From sequence record PV544171.1: a DNA stretch of 64,000 nt. One strand, written 5' to 3'. The notes under the pieces are model-generated. The model was given only the letters and a program-made list of their open reading frames with translations. It was not told the origin of the DNA and ran no database searches. This stretch comes from Enterococcus phage AllMyExes. This document shows, piece by piece, positions 1 to 9,129 of this stretch (the stretch's first letter is position 1; every line of letters starts with the position of its first letter). The position numbers and the translations under genes are program-made.

Positions 1-228
1 TCAGGTTCCGCCAAGCACGACCTCGGTTACATTAGTGTAATGGGCATACCCTTGTAAGTCACCACTCTCCACAATGTAGTAGTCAGTGAACTCTTTGCAC
101 ACACTATTATCGTAACCTATTACTCTCCCTATAGGGCTCCTACCTCTACCATTACACTCGAAGGTGAAGTTCTTAAGTCTAACTTGTGTGTTGATAGGGA
201 GCAAAGACTCTCCTCTTGAATTTAGCAT
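1..228 (-). CDS. Hypothetical protein, partial. The start codon is at 228 and the C-terminus runs off the window edge.
   Basis: ORF on the coding strand of the early block; continues past position 1. Confidence 0.45.
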   Translation of the reverse strand: MLNSRGESLLPINTQVRLKNFTFECNGRGRSPIGRVIGYDNSVCKEFTDYYIVESGDLQGYAHYTNVTEVVLGGT

Positions 229-257
229 GTTAATGTGGCTCCTTTTATTTAGTATTC

Positions 258-533
258 TTAGGTTAATAGCACAACCAAGCCACTAATGACGACTAAGACT
301 ACGTAAATTTCCACTAAAAATGAGTATATAGTAAAAACAATAGACAATACAGTAGTGAATATCGCAGAGGCTATCACCCATTTAGTATTTAAACTATTCG
401 ACAAAACAACAATACCAACGATAAATTCAACTAGAGCATAGCCCAAGACATAAATACCTACAATACTTAGAGTAATGAGTACAGGGTGACTTATAAATCC
501 ACCCCATACATTATAAAAAATATTTAGCATATG
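258..533 (-). CDS. Small hydrophobic membrane protein, about 91 aa. I take this as the shorter form of the 258..704 ORF.
   Basis: Internal ATG at 533 is preceded by GAGGGGAG RBS; the longer 704 start has no RBS and overlaps 535..855 in another frame. Very hydrophobic (IVGIVVLS..VVISGLVVLL). Confidence 0.5.
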   Translation of the reverse strand, partial: HMLNIFYNVWGGFISHPVLITLSIVGIYVLGYALVEFIVGIVVLSNSLNTKWVIASAIFTTVLSIVFTIYSFLVEIYVVLVVISGLVVLLT

Positions 534-534
534 G

Positions 535-855
535 TTACTCCCCTCTAAGACTAATTTGTTCCGCCATAGTCTTTGCGAAGTATGTCCAGTATTTATGGAA
601 GTCTGAGAAGTCCAAGAAATACTCCCCGACAATCTCTCCTTCTTGATTGCGGTAAAGAGGTACTTTCGTTTTCTCGTCTTTACGGACTTCATACTCTGTG
701 CCATTTAACGAAATCCATACAATATCCGGAGTCACACTAGTTACTGTTGCCTTATCGCAACCTAGTATTGGGTCACGAAGTTCTGGTTTTGTGAAGATTG
801 TATCCCCAACCTTCAATTTGTTTAACCGCTCTTTGTCTATTAATGCTGTTTCCAT
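535..855 (-). CDS. Hypothetical protein.
   Basis: AAGGAGA RBS upstream of the ATG at 855; soluble-looking 106 aa. Confidence 0.6.
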   Translation of the reverse strand: METALIDKERLNKLKVGDTIFTKPELRDPILGCDKATVTSVTPDIVWISLNGTEYEVRKDEKTKVPLYRNQEGEIVGEYFLDFSDFHKYWTYFAKTMAEQISLRGE

Positions 856-910
856 TTATTTTTTTCTCCTTATACGTTATAAAAAAATATTTAACATCTA
901 GTTACTGCCC

Positions 911-1222
911 TCAAATAAAGAACATTACTACCCATCCAATAAGCATAAATAACAATGTTGATACAGTAGCTTTTGCAAATACCATCAAAATAGAATCTTC
1001 TGTATTTGTAGTAGTCTTAGCTGTAATAAAACTAATAAATACATCTAGCCCAATTGCCTGCGCCCATGTAAGTGTTAACACCCCAAAGGTTGGAGCAATT
1101 AGCCCGTTCCACAAGAACATCGTAACATACCCTCCAATAACAAGGGTCAACACCACTAGAACTAAAGTCCCAAAAAATTTACCTAATGCGTTTGCCAATT
1201 CGTCTTTTGTATTCTTATCCAT
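911..1222 (-). CDS. Membrane protein with about 3 TM segments.
   Basis: Hydrophobic segments LVLVVLTLVIGG, GVLTLTWAQAIG, LLFMLIGWVVMFFI; RBS AGGAGGAAA upstream. Confidence 0.6.
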   Translation of the reverse strand: MDKNTKDELANALGKFFGTLVLVVLTLVIGGYVTMFLWNGLIAPTFGVLTLTWAQAIGLDVFISFITAKTTTNTEDSILMVFAKATVSTLLFMLIGWVVMFFI

Positions 1223-1256
1223 CGTTTTCCTCCTTAATAATAGCTATATTTACCTC

Positions 1257-1484
1257 TTATTTTTTTTTGTTAATTCTATTTAGGCTTGCAAAAGTAATTA
1301 TGTTCAAGATATAGGCACCAATTACTAATACTGCCTGCATTGTGCAAAACACGATTGTTATCCAGTAGCTTGTAGTAGCTTCCCCGCTAGTTAGCCCCCA
1401 ATAAATGCTATATGTCACCATGAGTGTGTTTAGCAGTATAGCTACACCCCCTACCAATAATAGTAGGTAATCAGATAGTTTCAC
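1257..1484 (-). CDS. Small membrane protein.
   Basis: Two predicted TM helices; abuts neighbouring genes. Confidence 0.5.
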   Translation of the reverse strand: MKLSDYLLLLVGGVAILLNTLMVTYSIYWGLTSGEATTSYWITIVFCTMQAVLVIGAYILNIITFASLNRINKKK

Positions 1485-1790
1485 TTAGTTCCCCTCCATT
1501 GAATGATTAAGTAAGCTCTTGTTCAGCTCTTTTAAGTAGTAATCACACCTAACGTGTACAAGACCCATACGTTCCCCTGTAATAGGGTTATAATGTAATC
1601 GTGTAGGTACTGTGTACTCATTAGGTATAGATAAGTCTAATTGGGTAGTTAAATTGACTACTCTATCCGGAGGGCACATCCATAGAGGCTTATTACAGTG
1701 CCAACATGACCCACTTTGTAGTACCTCGTATTTTCGTTTAAGTTTTTTCTCTTCTTCTCTTGTTAATTGGTCGTGATAGCACTGTGCCAT
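1485..1790 (-). CDS. Hypothetical Cys-rich protein (CWHC...C).
   Basis: 101-aa ORF coupled to the upstream gene. Confidence 0.5.
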   Translation of the reverse strand: MAQCYHDQLTREEEKKLKRKYEVLQSGSCWHCNKPLWMCPPDRVVNLTTQLDLSIPNEYTVPTRLHYNPITGERMGLVHVRCDYYLKELNKSLLNHSMEGN

Positions 1791-2008
1791 TACGTATGTC
1801 TCCCTCCGTTTTTATATTTGTTATAGTTTAGTGTTAAACCAGTCCTATACCCTCTCCTAGCGTTTACAATAGTTGTTTAGGGTGATAATAGGTAGAATAC
1901 CTATCACCGCCCTAAGAGGCATATAGAGTAATTATAGGACTGGTGCTTAGTTAACTGTTTTAAGTAGCATGGAAAATATGCGCTTAAGTCAACATTAGTT
2001 CTTTTACT

Positions 2009-2200
2009 TTAGATGATGTCAATTGCGATATAATGATTTGTTTTGGATACATTAGCAATTTCATAGTCTAAGTATGGTTCTAGTACTTCGTTGTTACTTC
2101 CTATCTTTGTTCTAACTGTTATGGTAGCCCCTGCCGTGGGGTAAGTAACGAGTACGTCCACTCCGGGCTTCATTAACTTAATTAAATCTTTTAACTTCAT
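2009..2200 (-). CDS. Hypothetical protein.
   Basis: ORF downstream of the promoter at 2219-2247; AGGAGACAAAG RBS. Confidence 0.5.
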   Translation of the reverse strand: MKLKDLIKLMKPGVDVLVTYPTAGATITVRTKIGSNNEVLEPYLDYEIANVSKTNHYIAIDII

Positions 2201-2218
2201 CTTTGTCTCCTCTTTAAT

Positions 2219-2247
2219 AGTATATGCTTAAATCTACTTTATGTCAA
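2219..2247 (-). promoter_or_regulatory. Sigma-A-like promoter: -35 TTGACA, 17-bp spacer, -10 TATACT.
   Basis: Minus strand reads TTGACAtaaagtagatttaagcaTATACT. This belongs to the recurrent GTGTTGAC(A/T) family. Confidence 0.55.
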
Positions 2248-2468
2248 CTACTCAATTTTTGTGCTCGTAGTTGCACGGATATTGTATCAACAATGACTGC
2301 CCACTGCTCCTCCGTAAAGTTGAAGTCAAACTGTGTATAGTCTTCCTCACCTGTTGTAGTAATTGCAATGTCCCCATAGTCATCAACTGAGAAATAAATA
2401 GTTGCAGTCGCAGTTGCCTCCGGATTTTGAGGAAGCGTAATAGCTAATTCTCCTTGCTCTACTTTCAT
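2244..2468 (-). CDS. Small acidic hypothetical protein.
   Basis: 74 aa, rich in D/E/T. Confidence 0.5.
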   Translation of the reverse strand: MKVEQGELAITLPQNPEATATATIYFSVDDYGDIAITTTGEEDYTQFDFNFTEEQWAVIVDTISVQLRAQKLSS

Positions 2469-2481
2469 CTATTGTACCTCC

Positions 2482-2733
2482 TTAGCTCTCTTCCTTCTCA
2501 ATCATCTTGATACCTGTAAAGGCATATACAGGGAGTTCTTCTGTGTAAGTATACTGGTTAGCTTTAAAGGTCACTTCGTAGTAACTCTCCATGCCACAGT
2601 GTAACATGTCTACATATCTAATTTCCTTACAAGGCATAGCGTTTCTCTCACTCCCGCAGAAGAGCCAGTCTTCTGTACAGTATTCTACTCTACCTGTGTG
2701 GATACTTCTAACTGCTACGTATGGTTTTTCCAT
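2482..2733 (-). CDS. Hypothetical protein.
   Basis: ORF with RBS. Confidence 0.5.
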   Translation of the reverse strand: MEKPYVAVRSIHTGRVEYCTEDWLFCGSERNAMPCKEIRYVDMLHCGMESYYEVTFKANQYTYTEELPVYAFTGIKMIEKEES

Positions 2734-3114
2734 TTACTCTTCCTCCTGTGTAATCTCTTCTAGGTCACAAGGGTGTACGTCTTGCTCAACTGGTCTTAGG
2801 CTATAGCGGGAGTCACCTACTACTGTGTAAACACCATCATCGTATATATCCACTAATTCCACTATCGTCCCAATGGCAAAACCATGGTCATAACGAGTGT
2901 TTCCGATGACTTTAAATTGTTTAGGTGTTGTATAACCGTCTATATAAGCTTGTGCTAATACATACTGATTATCTTCACCAATCCATACAGCTAGTTTGTC
3001 ATCTGGTGTTTCATCGTATGTGTTGAAGTACTCATTAGCTAACAAACTTAACATTGAATCGTATTTCTCAATTGCTCGTGCAACAAAATTTGGTATCTCT
3101 ACTTTTGTTCCCAT
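2734..3114 (-). CDS. Hypothetical protein.
   Basis: 126 aa, start/stop coupled to 2482..2733. Confidence 0.55.
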   Translation of the reverse strand: MGTKVEIPNFVARAIEKYDSMLSLLANEYFNTYDETPDDKLAVWIGEDNQYVLAQAYIDGYTTPKQFKVIGNTRYDHGFAIGTIVELVDIYDDGVYTVVGDSRYSLRPVEQDVHPCDLEEITQEEE

Positions 3115-3341
3115 CTAATCTTCCTCCTATTGAATCATAATACATATAAAAAGTAGTATCAGCAAAACAACACCGCCCCACCCCGCATTTACATATGCCG
3201 TATAGAAAATGTATATAAGATACGTTACTGCTATAATAGTTAATACTACGAGTATCGTGTTAAAGAGCTTCTCTAAATCAATCATTATACAACCTCCTAG
3301 ACCTCACAAGTATAGGTCTGGTTCTTCTTATACTCTTCCTA

Positions 3342-3539
3342 CTATTTATACCCAAAGAACTTTAAGTAATTTTCTGCTTCTTTTTCTAAGTGTTCGTTTA
3401 GTTCATCTAAGGTAACAACTTTCCCACAGTCCTCACAAGTATAGGTCTGGCTCTTCTTATCTTCTAGCAGTTCACCATCACATACAAGGTTGATACAGTG
3501 GGTTGTCCAACTCCCTACATCGTCCGGTAAGTGCCCCAT
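3342..3539 (-). CDS. Small zinc-ribbon-like protein (C..C....CEDCGK).
   Basis: Cys pairs; overlapping ATG/stop with the upstream gene. Confidence 0.5.
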   Translation of the reverse strand: MGHLPDDVGSWTTHCINLVCDGELLEDKKSQTYTCEDCGKVVTLDELNEHLEKEAENYLKFFGYK

Positions 3540-4054
3540 TATACGTCACCTACTTTTACAGCAAATGCCATGAATCGTTCATCCATTTTGCGGATTTCTT
3601 TCTCTGTAAAGGTAGGGATGTCTTCTAGGTAGTTTGTAAAGTCAGGAGACCCTAATCGGTCGATATAGCTGTATCCCCAACCATCTTTATCTTTTGCGAT
3701 AATGATGTAGTACTCGTCTTCTTCCTCTTCTACCGTATGACCCAGTACCCATGCTTTGGCAAGTTTCTCATGGTTTTCTGGGTTATTAGCTAACCAAAAG
3801 TACATCTTACTAGGGTAGCTTCCTTTGTCAATCATGTTAATAAACGTTAAGTTCTCTTCTTTGCACTTGTCAATATATTCCCCTACTTTATAAGGAATAA
3901 CAACTTTTTCAGGCTCATCTAAACCATATGCTAAGGAGACTGCTTTTGCTATCCCTGCATTGTAGCCTAGAGCATGAGGGTTCAATGTACCGTCACACTC
4001 TACTTGAGTAAAAACCTCGTCACTTAGTCTACTAATAAATTCATTCTTGTTCAT
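3539..4054 (-). CDS. Hypothetical protein, paralog family A (copy 1 of 3).
   Basis: Shares AIAKAVSLAYGLDEPEKVVIP...EIRKMDERFMAFAV with the proteins at 4328..4870 and 17448..17885. Confidence 0.6.
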   Translation of the reverse strand: MNKNEFISRLSDEVFTQVECDGTLNPHALGYNAGIAKAVSLAYGLDEPEKVVIPYKVGEYIDKCKEENLTFINMIDKGSYPSKMYFWLANNPENHEKLAKAWVLGHTVEEEEDEYYIIIAKDKDGWGYSYIDRLGSPDFTNYLEDIPTFTEKEIRKMDERFMAFAVKVGDV

Positions 4055-4066
4055 TTAGTTCCCTCC

Positions 4067-4315
4067 TTAAAACTCAAGGCTGTTTTCAATAAGTTCTGAT
4101 AGTCGGAGCATAACCTCGTGAGGTAATTCTAATTTTGTACTCTCCTGTGAGTCTGCAGAACTAACTTCCAAAGTATATTTTACTTCTGTTTTCTCATTTA
4201 CACGAGAAGCTTTCTTCTCAACACATACTTTATAAAGTGCTGAGTTATTGACTGCGATAATTTTTTCTTGTATATTTACACTAGTATTGCTATCATAAGT
4301 AATTTCATAGCCCAT
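4067..4315 (-). CDS. Hypothetical protein.
   Basis: 82-aa ORF. Confidence 0.45.
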   Translation of the reverse strand: MGYEITYDSNTSVNIQEKIIAVNNSALYKVCVEKKASRVNEKTEVKYTLEVSSADSQESTKLELPHEVMLRLSELIENSLEF

Positions 4316-4327
4316 TATAAAACCCTC

Positions 4328-4870
4328 CTATTTGTATACTGGTACAGCAAAAGCCCAGTATCTTTCATCAATTTCTTTTATTTCTTGTTCAGTAAATTTG
4401 TTCTTACCCATATTAGGCTTATTTGAGAAGTATACTTCATTATTGTGGGATGTGTCAACCCAAAGATAACAATCTTCTCCTTTATTACCAAGACCAGTAA
4501 ACACGACATGGTAAAGTGGTTCTTTCTCCACCTCGTACCCATCTTTCATTCGTATTAAAGTTTCAATAGGGTTATTCTTACTTTGGTCTAACCAACAATC
4601 GAACTCTGAATCATGTGGGTAGCTATTACCATCTAACATTCTAATTTGTGTAAAAATAGCTAGGTCTAACGCATGTTTATTTTCCTCGTACCATTCCGCA
4701 ACAAACTTTGGCACAATTACTTTTTTAGGTTCGTCTAGTTTCTTTGCTAGCAAAATAGCCGCCTTGATTGCCTCATTGTAGCACTGGCTCCGATTTGATA
4801 ACCCTTGAATGACTGGGACGTGGCTAAACTTTAACTCTTCTAATTTTTTAATCAATTCTTGTTTATTCAT
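4328..4870 (-). CDS. Hypothetical protein, paralog family A (copy 2).
   Basis: AIKAAILLAKKLDEPKKVIVP...EIKEIDERYWAFAV. Confidence 0.6.
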   Translation of the reverse strand: MNKQELIKKLEELKFSHVPVIQGLSNRSQCYNEAIKAAILLAKKLDEPKKVIVPKFVAEWYEENKHALDLAIFTQIRMLDGNSYPHDSEFDCWLDQSKNNPIETLIRMKDGYEVEKEPLYHVVFTGLGNKGEDCYLWVDTSHNNEVYFSNKPNMGKNKFTEQEIKEIDERYWAFAVPVYK

Positions 4871-5071
4871 TTAGTTTCCTTCCTTTCTTTCAATAGCCCA
4901 CTGGCTGAATGCTTGTAAGACTTGCAACTGCGCAATTTCTGTCATGTATCTATAATTTTTATAAACAGGGCTATTCCGATAATCTGGTTTTATAGAATTG
5001 GCTCTCAGTCTCCAAAATAGCTCTATAGGTTCAATATCTGTTAACGTATATTTTTCTTTTAACCAACCCAA
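4871..5071 (-). CDS. Hypothetical protein; start uncertain (TTG, no clear RBS).
   Basis: C-terminal motif AQLQVLQAFSQW is shared with the protein at 5256..5615. Confidence 0.4.
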   Translation of the reverse strand: MGWLKEKYTLTDIEPIELFWRLRANSIKPDYRNSPVYKNYRYMTEIAQLQVLQAFSQWAIERKEGN

Positions 5072-5087
5072 AACAATTTGTTGATTC

Positions 5088-5263
5088 TAACTTAGCTCTA
5101 CTTGGTCTACCTTATCATCAGTGTATTTGAACCAGATTTTCTCATATGTTGTTTGTCCGCCTGTGATTGTTACAAATTCGGCGCTTGGTTGCTCATTTTG
5201 AAATTTTTCTAGTTGTTCTTCGTAATGTATATCCCCAACATCAAATTCTTTAAATTTAATCAT
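5088..5263 (-). CDS. Small hypothetical protein, about 58 aa, not in the ORF track.
   Basis: ATG at 5263 preceded by AGGGAGAG; overlaps the stop of the upstream gene. Confidence 0.4.
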
Positions 5264-5615
5264 TGTACTCTCCCTGTTCTAAAAACCAATCAGTAAATGC
5301 TTGAATAACTTGCGCTTCCTCCGTTACTGATAAAGAGTAATATGCCTCTTCTGTTTTAGGGTCTTCATAGGTCTCCCCAATACGTTCGAGCGCCTCAAAT
5401 AAGGAATCTTTACTACAGTAACCTACTTTTAACCATTCAAATACCTGTTTCTGATTTTTATTCAGTTCTGGCTTTTTAACTGCCTCTACTGCAGTCTTAT
5501 ACGCTATTTTTAAAAGGTCTCCTTCAAAACTATTAGGGAAATTAATTTCACCATTTGCTTCCATATACATATAACAAACTCTATCAATTATTTCGTTATA
5601 TCTTTGTCTACTCAT
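5256..5615 (-). CDS. Hypothetical protein.
   Basis: 119 aa; motif AQVIQAFTDWF is paralogous to the protein at 4871..5071. Confidence 0.55.
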   Translation of the reverse strand: MSRQRYNEIIDRVCYMYMEANGEINFPNSFEGDLLKIAYKTAVEAVKKPELNKNQKQVFEWLKVGYCSKDSLFEALERIGETYEDPKTEEAYYSLSVTEEAQVIQAFTDWFLEQGEYND

Positions 5616-5776
5616 TCACTATCCCTCCTCGTCCTCTACGTCACCCCAACCAAAGCTACAGTAGGAAGAGAACACGTCTCTAGCTACTTCGTCTATCTCC
5701 TCATTCGTAGCATTATCGGGTACTTCTACTGTCTCTACTTCACCAATACCTGCCCAAGTTGTCTCAATATATACAT

Positions 5777-6319
5777 TTATTTTTCGCATAGTTTAATACC
5801 TAAGACTACATAGTCGTCTTTCTGTGCATAATCGGTGATATAAGTAACTTCTACTTTAATAAACTCTCCTGTATACGAACCACATGTGTACTCATTTAAT
5901 AAAAGAATATCTCCCACATGGTATTGTCTATCATTTTTACGTATTTCAAATAGTTTTCTACCTTCCTTAACTGCTTTAAAGTACGTAGGTGCAATCTTGA
6001 GGTTATGGGTAACTTCTAATTTACTAACTAAATCAAAAATGATAGTGTTTAATTCGTTACCCTCTACCTGATGATTCAATTTTTGTAAATTTATTGATAT
6101 TACAGTATGCCTACCTCCTCTACTCCCATAAAGGTTATTCTGTTGGTCTCTATATTCCTCTGAATCAATAACTAAGTTTCTTCTGTTATGCTTAGTAAGT
6201 CTTTCCTTCTCCGTCATTGCCTGTGCTAGTCCATTTATTGTTTTAGATACTTTTACTTCTCCATTTACAATAACTTGTACTAGGTATCTGTTGTCCTTTG
6301 TTGCAAACTTATTATCCAT
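5777..6319 (-). CDS. Two-domain protein with a C-terminal ASCH/PUA-like domain resembling DUF3850.
   Basis: C-terminus PTYFKAVKEGRKLFEIRKNDRQYHVGDILLLNEY...GEFIKVEVTYI matches the DUF3850/ASCH signature as I remember it (YFeav..G.KtFEIRkNDR.f.vGD.L.L.E). Confidence 0.45.
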   Translation of the reverse strand: MDNKFATKDNRYLVQVIVNGEVKVSKTINGLAQAMTEKERLTKHNRRNLVIDSEEYRDQQNNLYGSRGGRHTVISINLQKLNHQVEGNELNTIIFDLVSKLEVTHNLKIAPTYFKAVKEGRKLFEIRKNDRQYHVGDILLLNEYTCGSYTGEFIKVEVTYITDYAQKDDYVVLGIKLCEK

Positions 6320-6321
6320 AA

Positions 6322-6786
6322 TTAGTATCTCTCTTTCATAATTTTAATTGACCAGTTATCATTATTACTGAACACCCGCTCTAGGTCATTCAATGAGTTG
6401 GTATCTACAATTTCCTTTTTTAGTTTTCTATCTGAACTAATATTACCAAATCGTTTAAGGAATCTTTGTTTAAAGTGGGCATAACCCATATAGTCAAAGG
6501 TAATAACGTGTTCTTTACCAAATATACCCCGCTCTCTTAACTTAATCTCTACACTCTCATAAGAGCTATCTACTTTCATAAAATTATTTAGAAGAGTGTG
6601 CAAATCAATACAAATAGATGCCCCTGCACTACCGCCTATAAGTATATATTTAGGGCACTTTATATCGGGATAACAAGGGTCATCTAATTCATACCACATA
6701 TTATTTACGTCTACCCCATACCATACACTATTCACATCTACTGATACTCTTTCTGTCTTAAATGGTTTTATGCAAGTATACTTCAT
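6322..6786 (-). CDS. Hypothetical protein.
   Basis: 154-aa ORF. Confidence 0.5.
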   Translation of the reverse strand: MKYTCIKPFKTERVSVDVNSVWYGVDVNNMWYELDDPCYPDIKCPKYILIGGSAGASICIDLHTLLNNFMKVDSSYESVEIKLRERGIFGKEHVITFDYMGYAHFKQRFLKRFGNISSDRKLKKEIVDTNSLNDLERVFSNNDNWSIKIMKERY

Positions 6787-7253
6787 TGTCTCTCCTCCAA
6801 ATCGTCTAATACATCTTCTAATGTTGTGACAACCCCCTGCAAATAGCCCAGTTCATGCCACCCATACCCTCTCTTATCTTGCTCTAACAAATTATTAATT
6901 CTTTTTGTTTTACGTTTAATTTGACGGTTATATCTTCTTTTTAGTCCCTCTTCAAAGGTCACTACCTTTTTTGCTTCCTCTATATCTTTTAATAATTGGT
7001 CTAGCCCATCCCCATCAGTACCATAGCTATACACTAGCGCTTTCTCGTCCTTATAGGTAGTTACCCCTAATGATTGGTATACATACTTCTTACTGGGGAC
7101 AAATACAAGGGTAATGGGTCTGTACAATTGAGGTATAAGACAGTCTTCTGATAACCCACCAAAATCTGTTTTAGAAGCTACCTTCTCTACCACGTACCTC
7201 ATATCTTCCATACTTAACGACTTAATACATAAAATATATCTGTTAATGACCAT
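6783..7253 (-). CDS. Hypothetical protein.
   Basis: 156 aa, overlapping stop/start with the protein at 6322..6786. Confidence 0.5.
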   Translation of the reverse strand: MVINRYILCIKSLSMEDMRYVVEKVASKTDFGGLSEDCLIPQLYRPITLVFVPSKKYVYQSLGVTTYKDEKALVYSYGTDGDGLDQLLKDIEEAKKVVTFEEGLKRRYNRQIKRKTKRINNLLEQDKRGYGWHELGYLQGVVTTLEDVLDDLEERQ

Positions 7254-7268
7254 TTCCTTTAGCTCCTC

Positions 7269-7469
7269 CTACACCCAAAATAGTTTTCGACTCTCTGTTG
7301 GTTTAAAATATTCCAATTCTCGTGAAGTAATACTTTTTCCAATAATTGCATAGGGGGAGACTCCAACAATTTCATAAATCTTATACTGACCTTCTGCCCA
7401 CTCTTCTTTTAAAAAGTTCTTAGATTCTGCTATACTAAACACATCGTCCACAAGCCTAACTTTTTCCAT
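7269..7469 (-). CDS. Hypothetical protein.
   Basis: ORF downstream of the promoter at 7529-7557. Confidence 0.5.
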   Translation of the reverse strand: MEKVRLVDDVFSIAESKNFLKEEWAEGQYKIYEIVGVSPYAIIGKSITSRELEYFKPTESRKLFWV

Positions 7470-7528
7470 CTGTTAAACCTTCTTTCACTTTATATATTAA
7501 AAAAATAAATCTAGCTATCTACAAATAC

Positions 7529-7557
7529 ATTGTATCATCAGCTAGATTAAAAGTCAA
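7529..7557 (-). promoter_or_regulatory. Sigma-A-like promoter: TTGACT, 17-bp spacer, TACAAT.
   Basis: Minus strand reads gtgTTGACTtttaatctagctgatgaTACAAT; the spacer contains one arm of a 9-bp hairpin. Confidence 0.55.
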
Positions 7558-7581
7558 CACTTTATATTTAATTATTTTATA

Positions 7582-7947
7582 TTACAATAGTTCTTTATCT
7601 AAAGTTGTTTTAGGGATAGCCCATATTGTAGTGTAACGAACCCCTTTATGATTACCTGTAACTAATACGAACGTTACCGTGTCTAGCTTAGTACCGAGTA
7701 CAGATGCTAGTAGTTCGTGGTCTTCTTTGCTAATTGGTACTTCAAAATCAAGTTCTCCAAGCTCTACCACAAAGTTATTCGCTCTAATTCCCATAAAGTA
7801 TTCATCATTACGTTTTACATGGAATACATTCTTCGTATGAAAACTTTGCATAACAATATTTGCAAAATAGCTGTTATCTCTAGCTACAATAAATCTATCT
7901 ACATAGATAGCCTCTTTGCTGAGTAGTTCTTCAATGCAGTTACTCAT
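7582..7947 (-). CDS. Hypothetical protein.
   Basis: 121-aa ORF. Confidence 0.55.
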   Translation of the reverse strand: MSNCIEELLSKEAIYVDRFIVARDNSYFANIVMQSFHTKNVFHVKRNDEYFMGIRANNFVVELGELDFEVPISKEDHELLASVLGTKLDTVTFVLVTGNHKGVRYTTIWAIPKTTLDKELL

Positions 7948-8123
7948 AACATATTCTCCTCCTCTTCTAATAGTAGCTCTGATACGTAAATTTCCATCAT
8001 TAGACTTTGTTCAATCTCGTCTAGTAATAAATGCATAGCACACAAGCCACACAACATTTCATCTAAATAAAAATCACCACATGTCTCCTCTAATGGTACT
8101 TGACACATTAAACACTCTATCAT
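7944..8123 (-). CDS. Small Cys-rich (zinc-ribbon-like) protein, 59 aa, not in the ORF track.
   Basis: ATG at 8123 preceded by GGAGGG; MIECLMCQVPLEETCGDF...CGLCAMH; its TGA overlaps the next ATG. Confidence 0.4.
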   Translation of the reverse strand: MIECLMCQVPLEETCGDFYLDEMLCGLCAMHLLLDEIEQSLMMEIYVSELLLEEEENML

Positions 8124-8136
8124 TGTACAGCCCTCC

Positions 8137-8655
8137 TTAATTTAAGTTTTCTCTAACTTCTGTTAGCACCTCTCCTAATAGATTAAGTCCTTCCCATTTA
8201 CTCATATCACGAGAGCGTGGGTCTGATTCACGTAACCCTATTCCCCATACTTTATCAAAAGGTGATGCCTCTGCAAACTTGGTTCCTTTAGGGATGGATA
8301 GCATAAAGTTACGTAAACTATCATTTTGTGTGAATTTATAAGTATTTCCATCTAAAACGATTGATTTACGATGCTTTACCCACAAGTCTTCTTCAAAATT
8401 TTTAACTTGTCTACCTAAACGTTTAGCATCTTTTGGGCTCTCTGTTTTTAAAATTCTTTTTGCTGTATCGACATCATTAAAAAGCATTGCTTTACGTACC
8501 ATCATGTAGTGTTCTGCTGTCGGGAAAATAATATCTTCTCCTAAACCCTCAATAGGTGCAGTGAACTGTGACGGGTACCACTGTGACAAGCACTCTTTTC
8601 CTATTTTATTACGTTTGCTTGGAGTATGCCCCCAAAATAAAATATATTTACTCAT
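8137..8655 (-). CDS. NADAR-family (YbiA/DUF1768-like) protein.
   Basis: The translation matches the NADAR pattern: FW.....SQW....F..........AEHYMM..KA..F.D......IL.T..P...K.LGR.V..F....W......IV......KF.QN..L...L..T....L.EASP.D..WGIG. Confidence 0.6.
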   Translation of the reverse strand: MSKYILFWGHTPSKRNKIGKECLSQWYPSQFTAPIEGLGEDIIFPTAEHYMMVRKAMLFNDVDTAKRILKTESPKDAKRLGRQVKNFEEDLWVKHRKSIVLDGNTYKFTQNDSLRNFMLSIPKGTKFAEASPFDKVWGIGLRESDPRSRDMSKWEGLNLLGEVLTEVRENLN

Positions 8656-9129
8656 CTAATGTTCCTCCCAATATTCATAGTAGTTTCCTTTATGCTCAAA
8701 AGCAAAATGAGGACTAGGTAACCCACCATTAGCTTCTATATGCTCTGGGTGCTCATAAAAATAATAAGGCTCGTCACCAGTAGGGCTAATTGCTATTACT
8801 GGCTTATATTTAAAAAATAGTGGTATTTTATCTCCATCATTTAAGTTTAATTTATAAGTACTTAATGGCACTCTTCTATGACATTCTTCCAGTACTCTAT
8901 ACTTATCAAAGCTAATTATTTTAAGGAATCCCTTAGCTTTTAGGGGCGCTAAACTGTCTATCGAAACGTCTTCTTGTTTATAAGTGACAAGGGCACTATA
9001 AATGGTTGAGGGGTTTTTGTATGCTACTGAATAACTAATTGAATTGTGCTTATGATTTGCTAAAAATTTCTCTAATTCCTTAGATAAACCATAAGGTGTA
9101 TCGCTATCAATAACTTTTACTTTAATCAT
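8656..9129 (-). CDS. Hypothetical protein.
   Basis: 157 aa, coupled to the NADAR gene. Confidence 0.5.
   Translation of the reverse strand: MIKVKVIDSDTPYGLSKELEKFLANHKHNSISYSVAYKNPSTIYSALVTYKQEDVSIDSLAPLKAKGFLKIISFDKYRVLEECHRRVPLSTYKLNLNDGDKIPLFFKYKPVIAISPTGDEPYYFYEHPEHIEANGGLPSPHFAFEHKGNYYEYWEEH

Noticed and set aside
258-704. Long 148-aa form of the membrane-protein ORF.
   Set aside because: The upstream 57 codons overlap the ORF at 535..855 in another frame and lack an RBS. The internal ATG at 533 has a strong SD, so the short form was preferred.
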